Positions 49,141 through 56,679 of a DNA stretch of 64,000 nt are shown here, one piece after another (positions within the stretch are counted from its first letter, which is position 1; each line of letters opens with the position of its first letter). The notes below the pieces were generated by a model that did not search any database, was not told the origin of the DNA, and saw only the letters and a list, made by a program, of their open reading frames with translations. A program made the translations under genes and the position numbers. Source of the DNA: an uncultured virus (IMG/VR IMGVR_UViG_3300020256_000002) (Duplodnaviria > Heunggongvirae > Uroviricota > Caudoviricetes). The stretch is from the IMG/VR virus record IMGVR_UViG_3300020256_000002, positions 1-64,000 of that record. One strand, given 5' to 3'.

Positions 49141-49239
49141 GTCGTTCCCAGAAAACAATAGATACATATTACATTGGTGATAACGTATCTAAAGATACTT
49201 AACCCTTTAATTCTATAAGCGATTAAATAAAAGGAAATC

Positions 49240-49497
49240 GTGATGAACGCAACATTAAAAGCACAAATCTATAACTTGTACCAAGCTCTTGTAATTAAGA
49301 GTGAAAATAAGGAGAACCTTTTGGCATCTGCTACGGCTGCTAAGATGGTTGGTTTTATCAAGTGGATTGCAAGTTCTAAGACTCGTGGTGAGTTAAAGAA
49401 CAAAATGAACCAAGTGATTAACCACCTGAAGAAGTACCGTAATACCGAAGCAAAAGAACTGTCTTCTAAACTGACAGTGCTGTACGGTTTAGTATAG
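49240..49497 (+). CDS. Hypothetical basic protein
   Basis: 85 aa; early motif CATATTAC at 49165; AATAAAAGGA RBS. Confidence 0.65.
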   Translation: MMNATLKAQIYNLYQALVIKSENKENLLASATAAKMVGFIKWIASSKTRGELKNKMNQVINHLKKYRNTEAKELSSKLTVLYGLV

Positions 49498-49508
49498 GAG
49501 ATACTCTA

Positions 49509-49742
49509 ATGAATAAGGTTAAAATACATAACCCCGCAATACCTGGTCTAGGTGGCTTTAAAACCACGGAGCTTAACCCCGACCAGTTTAAAGGTAATAC
49601 ATTAACCCAAGGTGGGATAGATGCAGTCTTGGAGCTGTTTGATACCACAACTCTAGGACCTATAATGTCGGTATCGGTATCCGGTGACATCGTTGGTATC
49701 CTGAGTAACGTTAGTGGTTCCTACAAATACCTTCGGAGATAA
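49509..49742 (+). CDS. Hypothetical protein
   Basis: 77 aa; AGGAG RBS. Confidence 0.55.
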   Translation: MNKVKIHNPAIPGLGGFKTTELNPDQFKGNTLTQGGIDAVLELFDTTTLGPIMSVSVSGDIVGILSNVSGSYKYLRR

Positions 49743-49746
49743 AACC

Positions 49747-50703
49747 ATGTTGAAGAAACATTTAACTCGTTACGCATTTAGCGCAACTATCATCATCGCT
49801 GTAATGGCAACGTGGATGGTGGCTGATTACGTACACGAGACGGAACAAAAAGAAATTGTTGCTGCTACCGCACCCGCTACGGTTAAGGTAGTAGTTAAAC
49901 AAACCGAGCCTCTACCCGTTGTGGAGGAAGAACCAATAGTAGAAGAACCCGTAAAGATAAATGCCGCCGCTTTTGGTAAGCAACCCGATGATATTCCAAC
50001 CATTGATGAACTGGATGCCATTGGCTATGTTTACGGTCTTCCTGGAAAAGTATTGATGGGGATGAGTTTTAAGGAGACTCACCAAGACAATACACGTGTG
50101 TCACATGCAGGGGCACAAGGTATGTTTCAAATCCGTCCACGGACCGCTGCTTTATTAGAGGTAGAGAACGTAATGGATAACTACGAGTCAGCGGATGCGG
50201 CTGCTCGTTATTTGGAACACCTACATCAACGGCTGTTCAAGAAGCCTCTGGTGGAGTTTACCGAATATACACTACGGATAGTATTAGCTGCTTACAATGC
50301 TGGACCTAACCGTTTGCGTAAAGTCGGCAAGGTGTATATGACACCTAACTTCGAAGAGACCATTGAATACGTTGAAGACATTATCGGGTACTATAACGGT
50401 ACTCGATATTATGTCCGGAAAGGCGATACAATCTGGCAAATAGCTGAAAAGTACAACTTACCCACAAGTTACTTCATGAGAGTAAACGGGCTAAGAATTA
50501 TTCAGCTTGCTAACGGCCATAGTACCACCAACCTAAAGTACGGTGAGTTTTTAAACGTCAGTGAATCAGTGTACACCATTAACAAAGGAGATACCCTGTA
50601 CGCTATCGCTAAACGTCTAAGTACTACGGTGGACCATTTGGTTGCTAAGAATAAAATCGCTGACCCCTCGAAGATACATGTCGGTCAACAACTTATAATC
50701 TAA
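49747..50703 (+). CDS. Membrane-anchored SLT lytic transglycosylase with two LysM domains
   Basis: N-terminal TM; KET (catalytic Glu), AGAQGMFQ, AAYNAG and ETIEYV; two LysM repeats (YYVRKGDTIWQIA, YTINKGDTLYAIA). Confidence 0.88.
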   Translation: MLKKHLTRYAFSATIIIAVMATWMVADYVHETEQKEIVAATAPATVKVVVKQTEPLPVVEEEPIVEEPVKINAAAFGKQPDDIPTIDELDAIGYVYGLPGKVLMGMSFKETHQDNTRVSHAGAQGMFQIRPRTAALLEVENVMDNYESADAAARYLEHLHQRLFKKPLVEFTEYTLRIVLAAYNAGPNRLRKVGKVYMTPNFEETIEYVEDIIGYYNGTRYYVRKGDTIWQIAEKYNLPTSYFMRVNGLRIIQLANGHSTTNLKYGEFLNVSESVYTINKGDTLYAIAKRLSTTVDHLVAKNKIADPSKIHVGQQLII

Positions 50704-50765
50704 TAAGGTGGGGAGGGCAAAAGCCCTCTCTTATGACCACTTTACTTTTTTATGGGGGATTTACC

Positions 50766-51134
50766 ATGCTTGAACTTATAACCGATTCAGAAATAACTGA
50801 CCTACTACCAGCACGGGACGTTAACGTTTTTGTAAACACCGAACGCCCAATGGTGTTCCGTGGGGTTCTTGAAGGTGTCCTGTACGCCACTGTAGAAGGC
50901 TCTGAGACCATCTACGCTGTACCGGATGAACTAATCCATGATGAAGGGTTCGCTGTTCAGGCGGACAATCAGGGCGATTTAGGGACCACGTTGCAGGAAG
51001 AAGAAGGTTCAATGGTAGTTGAGTATGGTGGTAAATACTATCAGCGCTGTGGCGTGGATAGCTATACATACTACGACATCAGTGGCGGTACGATAACCGT
51101 ACCTGAGCCACCACCAGAAGAACCAGTTGCTTAA
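50766..51134 (+). CDS. Acidic hypothetical protein
   Basis: Start moved to MLELI, after GGGGGA. Confidence 0.55.
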   Translation: MLELITDSEITDLLPARDVNVFVNTERPMVFRGVLEGVLYATVEGSETIYAVPDELIHDEGFAVQADNQGDLGTTLQEEEGSMVVEYGGKYYQRCGVDSYTYYDISGGTITVPEPPPEEPVA

Positions 51135-51194
51135 CTAAATTCGACAGGGGCAGTTGTCCCTGTCTATGCCGTCGTAAATAAAAGGAAAGACGAA

Positions 51195-51590
51195 ATGAAT
51201 ATTACAAGACTTCGCCGATACGGCAAGATGAGTTTTTGGAAACGCTTCAAGTTGGTTTGGGATATCTCTAAACGGGATAGCTTTTACAGTACCCGCAGTA
51301 GTAGAGAGCGTAAATGGGGGGAGAATGTGGATACCGTTATCCTAACTAAGGGTGATGGTAAAGATGGACCTAAGTTAAGCATTACGCTACCTGACCTCTG
51401 TATTACATCTGACGGCATTACTGAGAGTGGTGTCCGTGTTATTTATAACGTGTTAACTGCAACCATCTCTAGTAATAGAATGGGGATGGATATCGACGGC
51501 GATGTGTTTAATGTATTAGTAGCCGATGTGGTTGTTGGTAAGTTCTTTATTAGTGCCAGTACTGGGTACTGTGAACTAATTGAACTATAG
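51195..51590 (+). CDS. Hypothetical protein
   Basis: 131 aa; AATAAAAGGA RBS. Confidence 0.65.
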   Translation: MNITRLRRYGKMSFWKRFKLVWDISKRDSFYSTRSSRERKWGENVDTVILTKGDGKDGPKLSITLPDLCITSDGITESGVRVIYNVLTATISSNRMGMDIDGDVFNVLVADVVVGKFFISASTGYCELIEL

Positions 51591-51639
51591 CCATACGGCA
51601 TAAGCGGGGCATTGCGCCCCGACTTATTTTTTTTTTGCT

Positions 51640-53421
51640 TTAATCCAATTCGCCAGCTTCGCGCTGACGTCGGAACTCAGTTAATACCTTGTCCATTGAT
51701 GGAAAGCCAAAGAATGTACCAGAGCATTCTACTGCATTAGTACGCGCTGCCGTTAGGTTCAGACCAGACATACGTTTATCGTACTCACTGATATCCCCCA
51801 CCCCAACTAACTCACGAACCGTTGTTTCCATACTCATGTTCATGAACGAACCTGTGTTAGGATAACTGGACGCTACGTCTAAGTCAGCTACGTGTACACG
51901 TAACATTGAGCGAATGTGCGGTGCTTCTTCTAACAACTGTAAACCGTTGTCGTCAACCAAATGACTGGGTAGTGTTACAATCCAATCGTTCGAGCCTACA
52001 ACGTGTTTATCCAAGCTCTCCGCCATATCGTCAGAGGTAGTAGAGATAACCTTCTTGTGTTTCTTCAGATAGAAGTGCATGTCATCGCACAGACGACGCG
52101 GTGTACTGGTAAAGTTGTAATAGTCCGAATGCTGACAAAGAGTTGGGACCGTAAGGGCCAAATCTTTATTCTTATCATCCAAGATTTCAATCGACATACA
52201 GTCGAAGATGTTATAGATGAGGTATTCAATTTTGTGGTTAGTCTGCATGTAGACGTGCCAGTCTAGCCCGGTTAAGTGGTCAGCTTCTTTAAACTTCAAC
52301 TTACCAAGATTCAACTCGTCCGTCAGGATTGCATCTAACGAATAACTATTACGGTTACCTTCAGTTACCCTTACCTGTTTAAAGACACACATGGCGTCGA
52401 TGAGGTAGAAGGACGACGGCGCGTAGACTTTATGCCATAGGTCAGCAGGGTGTTTTGACATTGTCCGTCCACCAGCAATCTGCTTAATGGCTTTACCGGG
52501 AACATACTTAAACTTCTTGTAACGTTCAGGTAAGGTTGGCTCACAGAATACATCTTTCGGGTCAATGTTAGCATTCTCAAGAGAAGCAATCATTTTGGGT
52601 AAATCGAAGTTCATGTTCCAGAAGGCAACGAAGTCTGGCTTGTGTTCGTGGGCTGCACGGAAGACGTAGTCGGTAACCAACGCAGGACTCGCCACGAGCT
52701 TAGAATTGATTTGTACCTTAGAGCGCTCACGCAATGTCGCTGCTGCCCGCTCCAATACCTGACGACGCTTACCGTTTAGCGTATCACCCGCCAGTAAAGC
52801 ATCTAGGTCATCTGCAATACCACCAATGTAGTATTCGTATTTGTCCTGTAACTTCTTGGCGTAATCAGATAGCTTACCTGCAAAGTCTTCAGTGTAAGCA
52901 ATGTAGATGTTGTTTTGGTACGTGAACGATGCTGAGATGATTGTACTGCCGTCGCCATTAACAACGTCAGTCTCGATATCCATTACCCCCACAGTAGACT
53001 CACGAGTCAGTTCAGGGAAGTTATCCATGTAAGCACGTTTGATAAGTGCGCTGGTACTGATATCTGCACCGTAGACATATGGCGAACGGAAAGCGATTGA
53101 TTGTTGTGTCCATCCACTAGGGTTACGCCCCAATGCTCGAAGTACGCGGTTAGTCAGTTCAGTCTGGCGACACTTGTAACGGCGACACTTAAACATGTCT
53201 TCCCAAGCTTTCTTTTCTTCATACGTTCGATGTGCTTCGTTTACTACCCAGAACTCACGCTCGTAGTTTTCAACAAAGTTTACTTCTGGGATTACTGTAC
53301 CGTCTTCTTTGTGGACGTTACGTTTTACTAATATTAGGTCATCACCTGAGCGGTCAGATGCTTCGGTGTAGAAAGCGTGCTTACATTCGTAGCCTTTAAC
53401 GCCTTTAGGTAATTTGCTCAT
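51640..53421 (-). CDS. Family B DNA polymerase N-terminal part: 3'-5' exonuclease plus motif A (phiKZ gp82-like)
   Basis: ExoI DIETD, ExoII WNMNFD, ExoIII YNIFD, YSLD; PolB motif A DLDVASSYP. Confidence 0.87.
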   Translation of the reverse strand: MSKLPKGVKGYECKHAFYTEASDRSGDDLILVKRNVHKEDGTVIPEVNFVENYEREFWVVNEAHRTYEEKKAWEDMFKCRRYKCRQTELTNRVLRALGRNPSGWTQQSIAFRSPYVYGADISTSALIKRAYMDNFPELTRESTVGVMDIETDVVNGDGSTIISASFTYQNNIYIAYTEDFAGKLSDYAKKLQDKYEYYIGGIADDLDALLAGDTLNGKRRQVLERAAATLRERSKVQINSKLVASPALVTDYVFRAAHEHKPDFVAFWNMNFDLPKMIASLENANIDPKDVFCEPTLPERYKKFKYVPGKAIKQIAGGRTMSKHPADLWHKVYAPSSFYLIDAMCVFKQVRVTEGNRNSYSLDAILTDELNLGKLKFKEADHLTGLDWHVYMQTNHKIEYLIYNIFDCMSIEILDDKNKDLALTVPTLCQHSDYYNFTSTPRRLCDDMHFYLKKHKKVISTTSDDMAESLDKHVVGSNDWIVTLPSHLVDDNGLQLLEEAPHIRSMLRVHVADLDVASSYPNTGSFMNMSMETTVRELVGVGDISEYDKRMSGLNLTAARTNAVECSGTFFGFPSMDKVLTEFRRQREAGELD

Positions 53422-53456
53422 TTACATGTCCCATTTAAAAAATTCTTTATGGTAGT

Positions 53457-53485
53457 CTATATCAAGATGGCGGTCAGTATTTTTT
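53457..53485 (-). promoter_or_regulatory. Middle-type promoter AAAAAATAC-N15-TATAG
   Basis: Reverse complement reads AAAAAATAC-TGACCGCCATCTTGA-TATAG upstream of the exonuclease gene. Confidence 0.7.
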
Positions 53486-53737
53486 AGAAGATTAGAATTT
53501 GCTGGGAATTAATTTTTACATGGATTGGTATTTGTTTAGGTGTAGACCGGTGACTAGTAATTTATACGGAGTATAATTACCTAGGAAAGGGAATCGTATG
53601 CCTTAAGAATAAAATAATATAAGTTAGTAACTAACACACCCTGTCCTACAGACAGGGGTTTTATGACGACTAGTTAAGAAAGCTTTCCTATGTTATGCAA
53701 TTGCATTAACACTAACCTTGCAAGGAGTTATCCTAAA

Positions 53738-55003
53738 ATGAAACTACGTACTGGCGGTCTCGGATTAGAGGCTATCAAGGTACAACGTAAGGATGTGTTG
53801 TTTTTAGGTCTGGTAGGTAAAATCAATGAACTCCGTAAAGGTTCAGTGAACGCATCTACTCTGACTAAGTCGGGTATCGCGGACCTGATTGAGAAAGCGA
53901 CGCAGCTAAACGTTAACTTGAAACTAACACCTATTAATTGGTGCGCATTCGTTGGGGTGCCCCAGTTAGATAAGAACCATCCTTTGTTGGGTAAGTTCAA
54001 GAATGACTTTAGTGATGAGGACGCTCTGAAACTATTGTCTAAAGGTTCCGACATCATTAAAGGTTGGGTTGACCTTGAAGAAGGAAAGGTGCACGGCGAC
54101 TTCCGTAAAGTCGAATGTACTATCACTATTGCCGAAAATATGTTCGTCACCGATAAAATGTCGGATGAAGAACTGGCTGCCGTCATCATGCATGAAGTAG
54201 GACACCTGTTCTCTTATTTCGAGATGTTGGGAACCACGGTTACTACTAACTACGCAATCAACACTGCTGTGACTGCGCTTTTCAGCCCTGACCGTAAGGT
54301 AGACAAGGTTGAGATAGTAGATGCCTATTCCAAACTTCGTGACGTAACGTTTGAAGAAAAGCAAAAGCTGCTGACCATGAATAGCAAAGAAGGCGTGGCT
54401 ACTGTGATGTTACAGGCTGAAATTCAAAAGTCTGTTTCTGAAAGCGGCGCTAGCATGTACGATGCCACAGGCTTTGAGTTCCTGTCTGACCAATTCGCTA
54501 CTCGTCATGGCGGTGGTATGGCCTTGGTTACTGCATTGGATAAACTCCAGCGTTACAATCGTGACCCAGTCTATCGCAATGCTGCTGTCTTCTACAGTGT
54601 AGAAATGCTTAAAGCAGTAGGCTTCTTTACCGCAATCACTTTTGGTGGACCGGCTACTTGGCTTATGGGTATTCTCATTATGAGTAACAACCCTCATGAG
54701 TCAACGTATGACTTACCTCGTGACCGCATCGAACGCATCAAGCGTGACTTAGTTGAACAACTAAAAGACCGCAAGTTAGACGATGACACTCGTCAGGCAC
54801 TAACTGATGACGTTGAAGCCATTGAGGCTATCATGTCTACCATGACCCAGCGTACCGGTATTGCACAACTGGTATGGGAAGTTTTGTCACCAACCACGCG
54901 CAAACAGTTGAGACAGAAAGACGCTCAACAGCAAATTGAAAAGTTGTTAACCAACGACATGTTTGTAACTGCCGCGAAGTTTAAAAATTTAGGAGCAGGC
55001 TAA
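53738..55003 (+). CDS. Virion protein with a zincin (HEXXH) metallopeptidase-like motif
   Basis: MHEVGH plus downstream EFLSDQFA; hydrophobic hairpin; GLE near the N-terminus fits the prohead-protease cleavage motif. Confidence 0.65.
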   Translation: MKLRTGGLGLEAIKVQRKDVLFLGLVGKINELRKGSVNASTLTKSGIADLIEKATQLNVNLKLTPINWCAFVGVPQLDKNHPLLGKFKNDFSDEDALKLLSKGSDIIKGWVDLEEGKVHGDFRKVECTITIAENMFVTDKMSDEELAAVIMHEVGHLFSYFEMLGTTVTTNYAINTAVTALFSPDRKVDKVEIVDAYSKLRDVTFEEKQKLLTMNSKEGVATVMLQAEIQKSVSESGASMYDATGFEFLSDQFATRHGGGMALVTALDKLQRYNRDPVYRNAAVFYSVEMLKAVGFFTAITFGGPATWLMGILIMSNNPHESTYDLPRDRIERIKRDLVEQLKDRKLDDDTRQALTDDVEAIEAIMSTMTQRTGIAQLVWEVLSPTTRKQLRQKDAQQQIEKLLTNDMFVTAAKFKNLGAG

Positions 55004-55404
55004 TGTCTGATAAAATTAAAGAATTAGTAGCGCGTCTGCGCATGATGCGTAATATGATGGATGAACAACACATTCCGTTGGAAAAACGCGAAGCCATTAA
55101 AAACCGTATTGTCGGGGCCCTGGTTGCAGCACAACTACCCATCCCTTCATCTCCTATTGAAGGTAACCCTCGTCTGTACTTTACCAACTTCCAATTGGCC
55201 GATGCCAATGTATTCATCGGGGCTATCAACGAGCACATCGTTTGTAACGTGGATGAAGTTGTGAAGTGTGTTTACGATGTATGGAAAGGTCGCTATGACT
55301 TGGTTCATCATCCACTGCAAGGTGTCATCGCTTCTCTGAATGCGGTATATCCAGAGCACCGTGACGACATCGATTTCGCCGCTATGGTAATTGGGGTACA
55401 GTAA
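55003..55404 (+). CDS. Probable virion protein
   Basis: 133 aa; coupled within the structural operon. Confidence 0.55.
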   Translation: MSDKIKELVARLRMMRNMMDEQHIPLEKREAIKNRIVGALVAAQLPIPSSPIEGNPRLYFTNFQLADANVFIGAINEHIVCNVDEVVKCVYDVWKGRYDLVHHPLQGVIASLNAVYPEHRDDIDFAAMVIGVQ

Positions 55405-56642
55405 TGTTGGAATTTCTTGAAGAACTCGAAAGCTTAGAAGCTGAAGTCTCTCAAGAAGCCGCATTACTTATTGATGCACAGTCGGACATGTTCAGCGCCA
55501 TGCAAATGGTTAAAGAACACAATGCAATAGACCGTGAAAATGCGATGGCCATTCTTCGGAATGTGCCGTCGTGTGAATCAATAAACCCTAACGAGTTTAC
55601 GTTATTCCCTACAACCACTAAGATGTCTGTTGCCATTGAAGGGTTCTGGGAAGGTATTGCGAGCGGACTAGAGAAACTATTCGGCCTCATGTTCTCGCTT
55701 ATCTTTGGCGTCTTGAAGTTATTGGTTAAACCAATTGAATGGTTGGTAGGTGGCGGTAAAGGCGATGGTGCCAACGCTACCGCAATCGATACACTGGACA
55801 AGCTTGAGAAAAGTGACAAACCTGAAAAGATAGAAGATGCGGACCGGGAAGTTCTTGATGAAACGGTAGACGAAGTTATTGACAAGAAAAAGCTCAACGA
55901 GTTTGAGTTTAAATCCATTGCCAATGCTAACGTCGACATGTACAAGGACATCAACGATTACATTCGCAGGCTCTATACGGTTATGTGGAAATCAACCAGA
56001 CGCTTCATTGAAGCCCATGGTAAGATTGAAGGCGGGGATGCATTCTATCGTCTACATAAAGACTTGGATGCTATCAGTGTAGAAGCAGGAAAGGAAATAG
56101 CAGCAATTGCTGGGGATTTCTTGAAAGACCAAGCCAAGGTACTTGACCTAGGTTCTGTGTCATATGGCAACCTGACAGAAGCAACTGACGCCTTTGAAAG
56201 ATTAACCACACGTGTACGGGAGTTAGAAGGTCGTGAGGTTGACCCTAAACTGGTAAAACAGCATTACCGGAATAAGGTTAACAAACTCCGTAGTTATATC
56301 AATCAGTTACATTCGGATATGAATTTCGATAAGAGTGACCGTGAGTTACTCAAAGAAACTGATAACTACACCAGTCAGTTCAATACTTTGCAAGACAAAC
56401 TTGAGCAGATGGAGAGTCGCGACAAGGCTGACTCTAGCTTGACCTCAGATGATATCAATGCAGTTCGAGACACAGTAAATAACCAGCTTACGTTAATTCG
56501 TGCGGCCAATGCTTTTGTCAAGAATATGTTTATGGTTTCCATCAAAGGGAAGCGTGGGTTCTTTAAAGGTATTAAAATTACCGATGAACTTACCGAAGCA
56601 GCGTTTGCTAAAATCAGACGCATGACCGGCAAAGCGAAATAA
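55404..56642 (+). CDS. Probable internal head protein
   Basis: Acidic propeptide with SLE/AIE sites followed by an amphipathic FWE...LFG segment. Confidence 0.6.
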   Translation: MLEFLEELESLEAEVSQEAALLIDAQSDMFSAMQMVKEHNAIDRENAMAILRNVPSCESINPNEFTLFPTTTKMSVAIEGFWEGIASGLEKLFGLMFSLIFGVLKLLVKPIEWLVGGGKGDGANATAIDTLDKLEKSDKPEKIEDADREVLDETVDEVIDKKKLNEFEFKSIANANVDMYKDINDYIRRLYTVMWKSTRRFIEAHGKIEGGDAFYRLHKDLDAISVEAGKEIAAIAGDFLKDQAKVLDLGSVSYGNLTEATDAFERLTTRVRELEGREVDPKLVKQHYRNKVNKLRSYINQLHSDMNFDKSDRELLKETDNYTSQFNTLQDKLEQMESRDKADSSLTSDDINAVRDTVNNQLTLIRAANAFVKNMFMVSIKGKRGFFKGIKITDELTEAAFAKIRRMTGKAK

Positions 56643-56679
56643 GACAGGGGAGTCCTAGTGGACTCCCCCTTATGCCGTC

